DNA of 64,000 nucleotides from Paracoccaceae bacterium (GTDB lineage Bacteria; Pseudomonadota; Alphaproteobacteria; Rhodobacterales; Rhodobacteraceae): NCBI GenBank assembly GCA_031398695.1, contig JANNNU010000127.1, positions 12,011 to 76,010 of the forward strand, read 5' to 3'. Shown piece by piece: positions 53,445 to 64,000 of this stretch (position 1 is its first letter; each line of letters starts with the position of its first letter). The notes under the pieces were generated by a model. It saw only the letters and a program-made list of their open reading frames with translations, ran no database searches and was not told where the DNA came from. The position numbers and the translations under genes were made by a program.

Positions 53445-55199
53445 TCACCGTGCCAGAATTGCGGTCAGAACCCGGCGCAGATCGCCGGCCGGGTCGGGGG
53501 ATACGGCATCGGCCCGCCAACAGACATGCTGGTCGGGACGGACGAGGACGATGCCGCTGTCGCGGGTTTCGCGGGCGCGTGCCCAGTCGCCAGTGTGGTC
53601 CATCACCGCGCGGCGCGGGCCGATCAGATGGGTGCGGATCGGCAGGCCCAATTCCGCGCCGACCATGGCCGCCGCTTCGACCCACGCCTCGCCACCGATA
53701 CCGGTGAACAGGGTGAACTGGCCCTTGCCCGACAGATCGAGCGTCGAATGCTTGCCCCCCTTGCCATCGAACAGCCAGACATGCGGGATCCGCGCGCCGG
53801 GCCAGGTGGTCGGTGCATAGTGCAACTCGGCATCCTGCGGGAAAGCCGGTTCGGGCGCACCATCCGTGACGACAGCGGCTGATTTGTAGCGCTGGTTCAT
53901 CTCGACGCCGTGGCAGTCGAACTCGTATTTCTTGAACGCGATGGCCTGCCGCAACGCCTCGCGCTGCGCCTCGGCCTCGGGGCCCGCGTCGCATCGCTTG
54001 TCCATGTTCTGCTGCATCACCACCGGATCGACCGAGTCCGTCAGGCCCAAAGCCTGGAAGATCGGGCCGAATTCGCCGATGGACTGGTTGGCGCGGGTGA
54101 CGATCTGCTTGGCGACCGGCGCGCGTTCAGACGAGTAGGTGTCGAGCAGACCCTGCCCGGCTTGACCTTTCACGACATGGGCCAGCTTCCATGTCAGATT
54201 AAACGCATCCTGAATTGAGGTATTCGAACCTAACCCGTTCGAGGGCGGGTGGCGGTGCGCCGCATCCCCCATCACGAACACCCGGTCGGTCTGCATCCGG
54301 GTCGCGTGCACGTTGTTGACCGTCCAATAGCTGATGCCGGTCATTTCGATCTCAATCTCCGGGTCGCCGACCAGGCTGCGGATGATCGTCTTGGCTTGTT
54401 CGTCGGTCAACTCGGGCCGCGGCTGCGTGATGTCATAGCCCCACACGATCAGCCACTGGTTCCAGGGCCGGATCATGCGCACCAGCCCCATGCCGATACC
54501 GCCGACGTTCGACCCCGGCTGAAGCACCCAATACAGCACGCTCGGCCGGTGCGCGACATAGCGCGACAGGTCCATCTTGCACAGCAGGTTGATCGACCCC
54601 GCCACGCCCATCTGCCCCTCCAGCGGGATGCCGGCATGTTCGGCCACGAGGCTGTTGCCGCCATCCGCGCCCACCAGATACTTCGACCGCACGGTGAACT
54701 CTTTTCCCGTCAGCCGGTCCAGCACCGTCGTCGTCACCCCGTCCGCATCCTGGACATGCGCACGGTATTCGCACGACATCCGCGCTTGCGTGCCGCGCGC
54801 GCAGGCGGTCTTGAACAGCAACGGCTCCATGAACGTCTGTGGCAGGTCGTTCATCCGGGTCGGCGAGGCGATCAGATGCGCGGCTTGGCTGTGCGGTGCC
54901 ATGCCCCAGCTCTTCATGCGCCCCAATTCTTCCCCGGCGAGGCTTTCGCAGAACACGTTCTCGCCCATCAGCTCCTTGTCGACCGCGTGCATGTAGGCCT
55001 CGGCCTCCACCTCTGGGCCAAGGTCCCGCAGCACCTCCATGGTGCGTTGGTTGGTGATGTGGGCGCGCGGGCTGTGGGCCAGCCAGCGATAGCGGTTGAT
55101 CGCTATGTTCTCGACGCCGTAAGACGACAGCAGGGCGGCGGTGGCCGACCCCGCCGGGCCGGTGCCTACGATCAGAACGTCGGTGGTGATGTCAGCCAT
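53445..55199 (-). CDS. FAD-dependent aromatic monooxygenase (phenol 2-monooxygenase / TfdB-PheA family)
   Basis: DVLIVGTGPAGSATA is the GxGxxG motif; also GADGGNS, and the DG/GD motif MGDAAHRHPPSNGLGSNTSIQDAFNL. The C-terminal domain is thioredoxin-like. Confidence 0.85.
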   Translation of the reverse strand: MADITTDVLIVGTGPAGSATAALLSSYGVENIAINRYRWLAHSPRAHITNQRTMEVLRDLGPEVEAEAYMHAVDKELMGENVFCESLAGEELGRMKSWGMAPHSQAAHLIASPTRMNDLPQTFMEPLLFKTACARGTQARMSCEYRAHVQDADGVTTTVLDRLTGKEFTVRSKYLVGADGGNSLVAEHAGIPLEGQMGVAGSINLLCKMDLSRYVAHRPSVLYWVLQPGSNVGGIGMGLVRMIRPWNQWLIVWGYDITQPRPELTDEQAKTIIRSLVGDPEIEIEMTGISYWTVNNVHATRMQTDRVFVMGDAAHRHPPSNGLGSNTSIQDAFNLTWKLAHVVKGQAGQGLLDTYSSERAPVAKQIVTRANQSIGEFGPIFQALGLTDSVDPVVMQQNMDKRCDAGPEAEAQREALRQAIAFKKYEFDCHGVEMNQRYKSAAVVTDGAPEPAFPQDAELHYAPTTWPGARIPHVWLFDGKGGKHSTLDLSGKGQFTLFTGIGGEAWVEAAAMVGAELGLPIRTHLIGPRRAVMDHTGDWARARETRDSGIVLVRPDQHVCWRADAVSPDPAGDLRRVLTAILAR

Positions 55200-55202
55200 C
55201 GG

Positions 55203-56270
55203 TCACTCCTTGGGTTTGTCGGCAGAGCGGGCCGACCGCACCGCCACCAGTCGGCGGCGGATCGGAAACAGCTGGATGCCGGTTTTGTCAGAGAAAAGCC
55301 CCCACAACCCGTGCGGGGCGAACAACATGATGACGATGCCGAGCACACCCAGCGCCATCAGGTAGATCGAGCCATAGTCGGCGAAGAAGGATTGCAGCAG
55401 GAAGAAGATCAGCACGCCGATTATCGGCCCCTCGATGGTGCCGATCCCGCCGATGACGACGATGAAGATCACGTAGGCCGTCCAGTCGGTGACGGCAAAG
55501 GCGGCATCCGGGCTGATCCGGCCTTTCTGCAGATAGATAAGGCCCCCTGCGAGGCCGGTCCCGAAGGCCGCCGTCAGAAACACCACCCATTTCATTGTGC
55601 CCGCATCGACGCCCACCGCGCGAGCCGCCACCGCATTGTCGCGCACCGCCGCCAGCGCGAGGCCCCGTTTGGTGCGCAGCAGCCAGTAGATGCCGCCAAT
55701 CGTCGCCACGCACAAAGCCAGCGCCAGCCAATAGGCAAGGATATCCCGCGCCGCAGCCGACCGCACGCCAAACAGCGCCTCGATCCCCGCCTGCCCCCAC
55801 ATATCGCCCGAAGCCTCTCGCGGCAGCGACGTGCCGGTGCCGCCCCCCACCGCCTTCCACTGCGCGACCGACAGCCGCACCACCTCGGCCACCACCCATG
55901 TCCCGATCGCGAAATAAGCCCCCGCCAGCCGGAAGGCGAAGAACGCCGTCGGCACCGCCACCAGCAGCGACACCACGCCAGACAGGATCAGCGCCGCCAC
56001 CGGGTCCCACCCGAGCAGGATCGCCGCGCCGAACATCGCATAGCCGCCCAGACCCACGAACGCCTGTTGCCCGACCGACACGAGGCCCCCATAGCCCGCC
56101 AGCAGGTTCCAGAACTGCGCCAGCACCAGCATCGTCAGGATGAAGAACAGGTCTTGGATCAACCCGCGCGAGGCGAATGCAGGCAATGCGATCAGTACCC
56201 CGATCAGCACGACCCCCGCAATCCCGGCGATGGTGGACGACGTGGTGCGGGTTTCAACGCGGTACGCCAT
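55203..56270 (-). CDS. branched-chain-amino-acid-type ABC transporter permease (LivM-like)
   Basis: MAYRVETRTTSS...LLAGYGGLVSVGQQAFVGLGGY. The start at 56270 overlaps the upstream stop by 1 nt. Confidence 0.85.
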   Translation of the reverse strand: MAYRVETRTTSSTIAGIAGVVLIGVLIALPAFASRGLIQDLFFILTMLVLAQFWNLLAGYGGLVSVGQQAFVGLGGYAMFGAAILLGWDPVAALILSGVVSLLVAVPTAFFAFRLAGAYFAIGTWVVAEVVRLSVAQWKAVGGGTGTSLPREASGDMWGQAGIEALFGVRSAAARDILAYWLALALCVATIGGIYWLLRTKRGLALAAVRDNAVAARAVGVDAGTMKWVVFLTAAFGTGLAGGLIYLQKGRISPDAAFAVTDWTAYVIFIVVIGGIGTIEGPIIGVLIFFLLQSFFADYGSIYLMALGVLGIVIMLFAPHGLWGLFSDKTGIQLFPIRRRLVAVRSARSADKPKE

Positions 56271-57129
56271 CAGTCGAACGCCCTCGGAAACAGCCCGCGT
56301 GGACGGATCAGCAGCACGACCAGAAACGCGATGTGCCCGGCAAGGATCTGCCATTCCGGGTTGATCGCCGCCCCCAGCGTCTGCGCCACGCCGATGATTA
56401 CGCCCCCCGCCAGCGTGCCCCACAAGGACCCCAGACCGCCGATGATCACCGCCTCGAACGCATAAATCAGCCGCGCCGGCCCGATGGTAGGGTCGAAATT
56501 CGCCCGCATCCCCAGATACAGCGCCGCTATGGTCACCACGATCATCGCGATGCCCGTGGCCATCGCAAAGATGCCCTGCGGCTTGATCCCCATCAGGCTG
56601 GCCGTCACCGGATCATCCGAAGTGGCGCGGAACGCCCGGCCCAGTGACGTGCGGTAGAAGACCCAGTTCAGCGCCACGATCACCGCGATGGCCGAGGCGA
56701 ACGTCAGCAACGGCATCACCCCCAGCGTCACCACCCCCAGATCGACCGAAGCGGTTTCCAGCGCCCCGGCCCCGACCCGCTGACTGTCCGCGCTGAACCC
56801 TTGCAACAGCACGTTCTGCACCACGATCGACAGCCCGAACGTGACCAGCAGCGGCGGCAGGATGTCCGATCCCAGCACCCGGTTCAGCACCACGCGCTGC
56901 AATCCCCACCCCAGCGCGAACATCAGCGGCACCGCGATCAGCGCGGCCAGGAACGGGTTCACCCCGGTCAGGCTGACCACCAGCAAAATCAGATACGCCC
57001 CCATCACAATCAGATCGCCATGCGCGAGGTTCACCAGCCGCATAATCCCGAACACCAGCGAAAGCCCCGCCGCGAACAGCGCATAAAGCCCGCCCAGCAG
57101 CACCCCTTGGGCAATCGTGTCGATCCAGT

Positions 57130-57133
<4 letters not shown>
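56270..57133 (-). CDS. branched-chain-amino-acid-type ABC transporter permease (LivH-like)
   Basis: MNWIDTIAQGVLLGGLYALFAAGLSLVFGIMRLVNLAHGD. ATGA overlap with the upstream ATPase gene. Confidence 0.85.
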
Positions 57134-57833
<700 letters not shown>

Positions 57834-57837
<4 letters not shown>

Positions 57838-58553
57838 ACCTCGATCCCCAAGTATATCTCGCGCACCTCGCGACTGGCCATGATCGTCGCCGGATCGCCG
57901 AGCCCGATGACCCGCCCGAAATCCAGCACCAGCAGCCGTTCCACGACCGAATTCAGCGCGTGCAGTACATGCTCGATCCAGATGATCGTCATCCCGCCCT
58001 GATGCAGCCGCCGGATCGTCGCCACCAGCGCCTGACACTCGCCCTCAGTCAGCCCGCCCGCAATTTCGTCCAACAGCAACAGCTTCGGCTGCGTCGCCAT
58101 CGCCCGCGCCAGTTCCAGCCGCTTGCGCCCCAGCAGGCTCAGGCTCCCCGCCGTCTGGTTCGCACGGTCGATCAACTCGCAGCGTTCCAGCACGTCGGCA
58201 CACAGGTCAGTCACCGTGCGCTCGGACAGCCCAGACCCGTAACTCGCTGCCACCACAAGGTTTTCAAACACCGTCAAGTTGGAAAACGGCTGCGGGATCT
58301 GGAAACTGCGCCCCACGCCCATCAGACAGCGCTGCATCGGCGAGACCCGCGTCACGTCCCGCCCGTCGAACGTGACCGTCCCCTTGTCCGCCAGAATGTT
58401 CCCGGTGATCAGGTTGAACAGCGTCGATTTCCCCGCTCCGTTCGGCCCGATGATGCCCAGCGCCTGCCCCTTGGGAACATCAAACGACACATCATCCGTG
58501 ACCTTGAGGGCCCCGAAGCTTTTGCTGACGGACGACAGGGACAGGATCGACAT
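57834..58553 (-). CDS. ABC transporter ATP-binding protein (LivG-like)
   Basis: GPNGAGKSTLFN and LLLLDEIAGGL. Start probably at 58553 (MSILSLSS...). Confidence 0.85.
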
Positions 58554-58600
58554 GGCAACTCCGGTAAATGCCCCGCCCTGCATCGGGCGGGGCGGTCAGA

Positions 58601-59884
58601 TCAAACGATGGCTTCCATCGTGCCCGCCGTCGGAATGTCGGCAAACCCGGTATTGTCCACGATGGTCAGATCGAACGTGCCATCCTCCTTGCGCCGCCAC
58701 TGCCCGCCGACCAGCGGGGTCTTCGAGATGTTCTTGGCGGCAAACGGCGGCAGGCCCGCGCCATCGAACGCGACCTTGCCGACCATCGTGCTCAGGTTGG
58801 TCGCGGCAATCGCCTCGGCCACCGCCTCGGGATCGGTCGGATCGGACGCGCGGGTGATCACATCCGCCGCCATTTCGAACAGCGAATGGATGAACCCGAT
58901 GGGCTGCGTCCACGGGCGCCCGGTGGCGGCGGTGAAACCTGCCGCGAGATCGGCAGCACTCTCGCCCGTCAGCGACGAGGTGTAGGGGTGCGAGGCCGAC
59001 CACCACACTTCGGACGACAGGTTGTGGCCGTTCTCGCCCAGCGCCTCGACCGATTGCGGGAACAGGATCGCCTTCGCCACCGTCGCGGCCTTGGGCACGA
59101 ACCCCTGCTGGCGGCACTGGTTCCAGAACGTCGTGAAATCGGGCGGGATCACCACGCCGGTCACGATTTCAGTCCCCGCCGCCTTGAAGGCGTTGATCTG
59201 GGCCGAAAAATCATCCGTCAGGTTCTGATACCGCCCCGGATCGACGGTGGTATAGCCCGCAGCGCTGAACCCGGGTGCCACACCCACGTTCGGGTCACCC
59301 CACGCGTTGCCATCGGCGTCGTTGGGGAACAGGCCACCGACCTGCTTGTTGGTGTCCAGTTGGTTCCACATGTTGGTGAAGACGCCGATCACATCCTCAA
59401 GTCCCCAGAAATAGTGGTAGGCAAAGTTGAACGGCTGCCAGCTGGCCGGATCGCCCGGATTGCCCTGCTGCCCGATGAAGAACGGCTGCCATGGCGCCAT
59501 GGTGGAAATCACTGGCACGCCTTCGGCTTCGCACACCGTCGCCACCGGGTTTGTGGTTTCGGGGGTGGACGCCACCAGCATCAGGTTGATCTCGTCATCG
59601 ACGATCAGCTCTTGCGCCACCTGTGCTGCCCGGTTCGGGTTCGACTGGCTGTCCTTGACGATCACCTCGACCGTCAGACCCTTTTCGGCCGCCACGCGGG
59701 TAAAGGTTTCGATGGTGAACGCGTCAGCTTCGGCGAATCCCGCCAGCGGGCCGGTCTGCGGGCTGACATAGCCGATCTTTACGGCCGCCCCCTGTGCCAG
59801 CGCGGGCATCGCAAGGCCCGACGCACTGACGGCAAAGCCCGATGCTGCGGCAGTTTTCAACAAGCGTCTTCTGGTGATGATCAT
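58601..59884 (-). CDS. Liv-type (family 4) periplasmic substrate-binding protein with Tat-like signal
   Basis: MIITRRRLLKTAAASGFAVSASGLAMPALAQGA has a twin-arginine motif. The ATG at 59884 is preceded by GGAGGAG. Confidence 0.8.
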   Translation of the reverse strand: MIITRRRLLKTAAASGFAVSASGLAMPALAQGAAVKIGYVSPQTGPLAGFAEADAFTIETFTRVAAEKGLTVEVIVKDSQSNPNRAAQVAQELIVDDEINLMLVASTPETTNPVATVCEAEGVPVISTMAPWQPFFIGQQGNPGDPASWQPFNFAYHYFWGLEDVIGVFTNMWNQLDTNKQVGGLFPNDADGNAWGDPNVGVAPGFSAAGYTTVDPGRYQNLTDDFSAQINAFKAAGTEIVTGVVIPPDFTTFWNQCRQQGFVPKAATVAKAILFPQSVEALGENGHNLSSEVWWSASHPYTSSLTGESAADLAAGFTAATGRPWTQPIGFIHSLFEMAADVITRASDPTDPEAVAEAIAATNLSTMVGKVAFDGAGLPPFAAKNISKTPLVGGQWRRKEDGTFDLTIVDNTGFADIPTAGTMEAIV

Positions 59885-59913
59885 GGTGTGTCTCCTCCCA
59901 AAGGTTTCGTTGG

Positions 59914-60975
59914 TCAATCCGGCCGCCGCCCCTCCCAGGCGTTATGCAGCAGGTGGCGGATGTCGTCGCGGTCAAAGGCGCGCGGGTTGTCATAGGGGTT
60001 GGCGGTGGCAAGGTCGGCCGCACGGTCGAGGTCGGCCTCGGTCAGGCCCAGATCGCGCAGCGCGAGCGGCGCGCCGCAGGCAGAGGCGAAATCCCACAAA
60101 CCACCGCCGACGCTGCCAAAGATCTCGGCCACCGGGGCCAGCAGATCGGGCACGGCAACGGCGTTGAACGCCGCCGTATGCGGGATAAGGATCGCATGGG
60201 TTTCGGCATGCGGCATCCCGAACGACCCACCGATCGTGTGGCACAGCTTGTGGTGCAGGGCCATCGCGGCATAGCCAAGGCCCGTGGAACACAGCCATGC
60301 CCCGTACAGAACCTGCGCCCGCGCGTCGCGGTTCAGCGGATCGGCCACCACCACCGGCAACCCGGTCTTGAACGCCTTCATCGCCTCGACCGCCATCGCC
60401 GACAGGATCGGGTTGCCGTCCTTGGCGTAAAGAACCTCCACCCCGTGCGCGATGGCGTTCAGCGCCGACGTGACGGTCATCTGCGCGGGCAGCGTCAGCG
60501 TCAGGTCGACGTCATAGATCACCACCTCGGGCCGGATCGCGGGGTCACGCTTGGTGGTCTTTTGCCCCCCCGCCGTTTCCCCCAGGATATCGGTCATCTC
60601 GGACCCGGCATAGGTCGTGGGCACCACCACCTGATCGGCCCCGGTGCGCAGGGCGATGGCCTTGGCCAGCCCGATGGTCGAACCGCCCCCCACCGCCACC
60701 ACGCAGTCCGCGCCGAGGTCACGAAATGCCGTCACCGCCGCCTCCGACACCTCGACCGGCGTGTGCATCGTGGCGTCGGTGAACACACCCGCCGCCAGTC
60801 CGCCCAGCGCGTCGGCAAGCGCCTGCGCCTCGGCCGCCTGATGCGGGGTCGACAGGACCAGCGCCGCGCGGGGGCCGAGCCGTTCGACCTCGGCCCCCAC
60901 CTGACCCAAGGTGCCGCGCCCGAAGATCACCCGCGACGCAATGCCGGGAAACGTGAAGCCGTCACGCAATGACAT
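59914..60975 (-). CDS. maleylacetate reductase (iron-containing alcohol dehydrogenase family)
   Basis: MSLRDGFTFPGIASRVIFGRG...VAVGGGSTIGLAKAIA...HKLCHTIGG. Sits in an operon with hydroxyquinol-type dioxygenases. Confidence 0.75.
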   Translation of the reverse strand: MSLRDGFTFPGIASRVIFGRGTLGQVGAEVERLGPRAALVLSTPHQAAEAQALADALGGLAAGVFTDATMHTPVEVSEAAVTAFRDLGADCVVAVGGGSTIGLAKAIALRTGADQVVVPTTYAGSEMTDILGETAGGQKTTKRDPAIRPEVVIYDVDLTLTLPAQMTVTSALNAIAHGVEVLYAKDGNPILSAMAVEAMKAFKTGLPVVVADPLNRDARAQVLYGAWLCSTGLGYAAMALHHKLCHTIGGSFGMPHAETHAILIPHTAAFNAVAVPDLLAPVAEIFGSVGGGLWDFASACGAPLALRDLGLTEADLDRAADLATANPYDNPRAFDRDDIRHLLHNAWEGRRPD

Positions 60976-61603
60976 GGGTATCCCCTTGATAAACCGTCTC
61001 GCCAGCCCGCACCGCGACCAGCATCGCTTCAAGCGCATCAAGTTCGGTCCGCGTCACCGCATGTTCACGGCCCGGAAACAGATCGCTGCGCACCCGCGCG
61101 CCCGCCTGCGTCAGATCGCCCAGCATGGCATGGAACGCCGGGGCCGGTATCCAGGGATCGGCATCGCCGCAACTGGCATAGACCGGCATTTTGCCCAGCG
61201 CGCGCACCGGCAGATCGTCGGCCACCGTGCCCACCCGGCAGCCGGTGAAAAGACAGGCCCCCGCGACCGGCCCCTGCCGCAACAGATACTCGGCCGACAG
61301 GCACGCGCCTTGCGAAAACCCCGCCAGCACGACCGGCCCGTCGGCTTGCGCGACCAGCCGTTGCAGCACGGCCAGCGACTCTGTCAGTTCCGCCTTGGTC
61401 ACATCCGCCAACGGGTCGATGGCGCGCGCCACATACCAGCCCGGGCCCGCCGACTTCGGCAGCACAAAGCGAACCCCCGGCACCTCGAGATGCGACACGA
61501 TCATCCGCACCATGTCGTCGGGCGACTGCCCGCGCCCGTGCACGACGATGCAGATCACCCCGGCATCGCCCGCGGTCGCCTCGAAGGTCAGCGGTTCCGC
61601 CAT
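60962..61603 (-). CDS. alpha/beta hydrolase (phospholipase/carboxylesterase or dienelactone-hydrolase-like)
   Basis: 213 aa with nucleophile elbow GFSQGA, and a later Asp and His (GDADPWI, REHAV). Confidence 0.65.
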   Translation of the reverse strand: MAEPLTFEATAGDAGVICIVVHGRGQSPDDMVRMIVSHLEVPGVRFVLPKSAGPGWYVARAIDPLADVTKAELTESLAVLQRLVAQADGPVVLAGFSQGACLSAEYLLRQGPVAGACLFTGCRVGTVADDLPVRALGKMPVYASCGDADPWIPAPAFHAMLGDLTQAGARVRSDLFPGREHAVTRTELDALEAMLVAVRAGETVYQGDTHVIA

Positions 61604-62559
61604 CAGAACGACGCCGGTTCCAGACCGGCTTCCATTTCGGCCTGCCGATCCGCGAACCACGGCGGGAACACCAGGGTCGAGCCGATGGCATCCGCCGGTT
61701 CGTCCTTGGCCCAGCCGCCCGGCACCGTCCACGCGATTTCGAACAGCGCACCCCCGGGCGAGCGGACATAGCAGGATTTGAAATACATCCGATCCTTCTG
61801 CTCCGAGATGTCGGTGAAACCCAGGCCTTCGATATGCGCGCGCAATTTCAGTTGGTTGGCCTCGTCACCGGTGTTCAGGGCAAGGTGGTGAATGGTGCCG
61901 CCCGCCAGCGTCCAGGTGCCCTGCGGCACACCGGGTTCGTGCAGCACCTCCAGCACGCTCGTCGGGCCGCCTGCGTTCGGGACCGAAAACACCAGCCCCT
62001 CATGCGTGTCGGCGATCTTGGTCAACGGCAGCGCGATGGTCAGGAAATCGTCCATCGCCGCGCGGTCCTGCACTGAAACGGCAGCCCCGTAGATGCCCTT
62101 TATGCCGTGTTCGGCGCCGATGCCCTGTGCTTCGTTCACGATCGAAGGCCGTGCATCGCCCGGATTTTCCACCAGCTCGTGCGGGATGCCGCAAGGATGC
62201 TTGAAGCTCACTCGATCAGCCCCGAACCGGGTGATCTTTTCCGCCGGGATGCCGCGTTCGTTCAGGCGGTTCACCCAGAAGTCGGACGTGCCGACCGGAA
62301 TCGCCTGCTGCACGATCTTGGACTGGTTCGATCCGCGCCGCCCGTAGACCGCCGGTTTGCGGAACGGAAACGTGGTGATGATGGTGGACGCATCGCCGTT
62401 CCGCCCGCCATAATACAGATGGTAAACCGGCAGCACGCCATCGAACAGCACGGTGCGCTTGACCGAATGCAGCCCCAGCGCCTTGGTGTAGAAATCGAAA
62501 TCCTCCTGCACGCCGTCGGTGCACAGGGTCAGATGATGATAGCCGGTGATCAGCGACAT
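61603..62559 (-). CDS. two-domain VOC-superfamily ring-cleaving dioxygenase (hydroquinone/chlorohydroquinone dioxygenase PcpA/MhqO-like)
   Basis: MSLITGYHHLTLCTDGVQEDFDFYTKALGL... and a second module GTIHHLALNTGDE...YFKSCYVRSPGGALFEIA. Confidence 0.75.
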   Translation of the reverse strand: MSLITGYHHLTLCTDGVQEDFDFYTKALGLHSVKRTVLFDGVLPVYHLYYGGRNGDASTIITTFPFRKPAVYGRRGSNQSKIVQQAIPVGTSDFWVNRLNERGIPAEKITRFGADRVSFKHPCGIPHELVENPGDARPSIVNEAQGIGAEHGIKGIYGAAVSVQDRAAMDDFLTIALPLTKIADTHEGLVFSVPNAGGPTSVLEVLHEPGVPQGTWTLAGGTIHHLALNTGDEANQLKLRAHIEGLGFTDISEQKDRMYFKSCYVRSPGGALFEIAWTVPGGWAKDEPADAIGSTLVFPPWFADRQAEMEAGLEPASF

Positions 62560-62589
62560 GGGATACTCCTGGCAACAGGGATTGGCGGA

Positions 62590-63444
62590 TCAGGGAAGGG
62601 CTTGGCCGGGGGCCAGCACGAAACGAAAGGTGGCGACCAAACCCTCGACCGGGTCGGGCGACAGGTCTGTCAGCAGGGCGGGGTGCACGCAGCACAGCGG
62701 ATCGCGGTCGATGGCCGGATCGGCGCGGTCGAACACATGGGTCGTCAGGGTCTGAAAGCCCGGCGCGCTGATGCGAAAGTGCAGATGCGCGGGGCGGCGC
62801 GTCGGCAGCCCCAGCCCCGCCATCAACCGCCCCACCGGTCCGTCGTCCGGGATCGCATAGCCCGCAGGCCGCACGGTACGCACCGTCAGCCGCCCGCCGG
62901 GCCCGCTGCGATAGGTGCCGCGCAGGTTGAAATCGGGCTGCAGGTCGGGCTCCTGGTTTTCATAAAGCCCCGCCGCGTTGGCCTGCCAAACCTCGACCAG
63001 CGCGCCGTCGACGCCCGTCCCGTCCAGCCCCGTCACCGTCAGGTCCAGCCGCAATCCCGCGCCCTGCCGGTCCAGCGAGATGCTATCGCCATCGCTGCGG
63101 TTCGGCGCGCCGGTGCGGTAGAAGGGACCTGGCATCGTGTTGGGCGTCGCCCCGGCGGGACGGTGAGCGGTGTGAACCTCGATCGCGCTGGTCAGCCCCA
63201 GAACATCCGACAGCAGCACCCATTCTTGCCGCTTGTCGTTGCACGCCTCGCCCACCTCGGTCAGAAACCCGATCACCGCGCGCAGGTCGGAGCGGCTGGC
63301 ATTGGTCATGCGGATGATGTCGGCAAAGGCAGCCAGCAGCAGCGCCAGCGCATCCGCCAGCCTGCGATCCTGCGCCGCCGCCGTGCGGGCCGCAAAGGCG
63401 TGCACGAACGCCATGTCGGCATGGGCCTTGGTCTGACCGTCCAT
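62590..63444 (-). CDS. intradiol ring-cleavage dioxygenase, second paralogue (hydroxyquinol 1,2-dioxygenase-like)
   Basis: PGPFYR...VEVWQANAAGLYE...NLRGTYRS...RPAHLHFRI. Start probably at 63444 (MDGQTKAH...). Confidence 0.75.
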   Translation of the reverse strand: MDGQTKAHADMAFVHAFAARTAAAQDRRLADALALLLAAFADIIRMTNASRSDLRAVIGFLTEVGEACNDKRQEWVLLSDVLGLTSAIEVHTAHRPAGATPNTMPGPFYRTGAPNRSDGDSISLDRQGAGLRLDLTVTGLDGTGVDGALVEVWQANAAGLYENQEPDLQPDFNLRGTYRSGPGGRLTVRTVRPAGYAIPDDGPVGRLMAGLGLPTRRPAHLHFRISAPGFQTLTTHVFDRADPAIDRDPLCCVHPALLTDLSPDPVEGLVATFRFVLAPGQALP

Positions 63445-63537
63445 CTCCCCGCGCCCCTCCCAAAGCACTGCGTTACAGCCTAGACGCTGCAAAGTGCTTG
63501 AGGATCATTTTCTTTCTGATTAGCATACCAAATTGAT

Positions 63538-64000
63538 ATGAAGATCGAGGAACGCCATCTGCTGCAACTCGCCGCCGTGGTCGAGGCCGGCGGCGTCACC
63601 GAGGGCGCCGCGCTGATCGGCCTGTCGCAGCCCGCCGTGTCGCGCACCCTGTCGGCGATCGAGGCGCGGCTGGGCGAGCCGCTGTTCGAACCCGGCCGCC
63701 GTCCGCTGGTGCCCACGCTGCTGGGACGCCAGTTGGCCGCGCATGGCAAGGTGATATGGGAGGCGTCGCGCAAGGCGTCCGAAACCGTACAAAGCTTTCG
63801 CCGCGGCAGCCTCGGCACGGTGCGGGTGGCGGGCGTGCCGTTCTTCATGGACTGCTACATAAGCCGAATGATCGGCGAGTTTCAACGGCTTGAACCCGAC
63901 ATCCGCATCGACCAGTCCTACGGCAACCTGCCTGAACTGCAGGCCGGGATCAAATCGAACCAGCTCGACCTCGCGATCTGCCCCATCGGCCTCGTCGATG
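63538..64000 (+). CDS. LysR family transcriptional regulator (5' part; continues beyond window end)
   Basis: Not in the track because there is no stop in the window. The ATG at 63538 gives MKIEERHLLQLAAVVEAGGVTEGAALIGLSQPAVSRTLSAIEARLGEPLFE, a LysR HTH. Divergent from the aromatic operon. Confidence 0.85.
   Translation, partial: MKIEERHLLQLAAVVEAGGVTEGAALIGLSQPAVSRTLSAIEARLGEPLFEPGRRPLVPTLLGRQLAAHGKVIWEASRKASETVQSFRRGSLGTVRVAGVPFFMDCYISRMIGEFQRLEPDIRIDQSYGNLPELQAGIKSNQLDLAICPIGLVD

Overview
Gene-dense, high-GC chromosomal segment. Gene content, repeat elements and sRNA loci look like a Rhodobacteraceae alphaproteobacterium (Rhodobacter/Cereibacter-like). This is judged by eye; nothing was computed or searched. 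Most of the long ORFs in the track are antisense or out-of-frame shadows of real genes.

Real content, in order:
(1) 1-5.4 kb: membrane/lipid genes, a cytochrome b561, an EEP-family phosphatase/nuclease and a dimethylglycine-dehydrogenase-like flavoenzyme.
(2) 5.4-12.3 kb: a choline-kinase-like gene, then a serine-cycle-type module on the minus strand (sga, mcl, mtkA, mtkB) with a divergent ScfR/RamB-type regulator.
(3) 12.4-14.4 kb: an RTX + Hint-domain gene whose 5' end is broken by three in-frame stops and a frameshift.
(4) 14.6-22.3 kb: the 5' half of the dcw cluster (mraZ-rsmH-ftsL-ftsI-murE-murF-mraY). It is preceded by a long structured leader with an internal terminator (UpsM-type) and 10-bp-phased repeats.
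(5) apbC, then a DUF1127 gene followed by four tandem two-hairpin sRNAs with eight CCUCCUCCC loops (CcaF1/CcsR1-4 type), then benE.
(6) Taurine genes tpa-tauR-xsc-tauE, with two matching direct-repeat operators.
(7) A galactoside / De Ley-Doudoroff cluster in which dgoA carries an in-frame TAA.
(8) phnWX plus a Pho-box-preceded operon (TIM-barrel enzyme, metallophosphoesterase, ugpBAEC).
(9) A DMT transporter.
(10) A roughly 12-gene hydroxyquinol-type aromatic catabolic operon with an embedded Liv-type ABC importer and a BKACE enzyme, plus a divergent LysR gene cut by the window end.

I recognised no tRNA, rRNA, CRISPR, integrase, transposase or defence genes. I did not find a clearly novel protein system. 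The signals most worth follow-up are RNA-level and regulatory: the CcsR array, the UpsM-like leader, the phased repeats, the TauR-type repeats, the Pho boxes and a 3'-end repeat family. Also worth follow-up are the Glu-to-stop lesions and the BKACE-linked aromatic operon. RNA ends and start codons are approximate.
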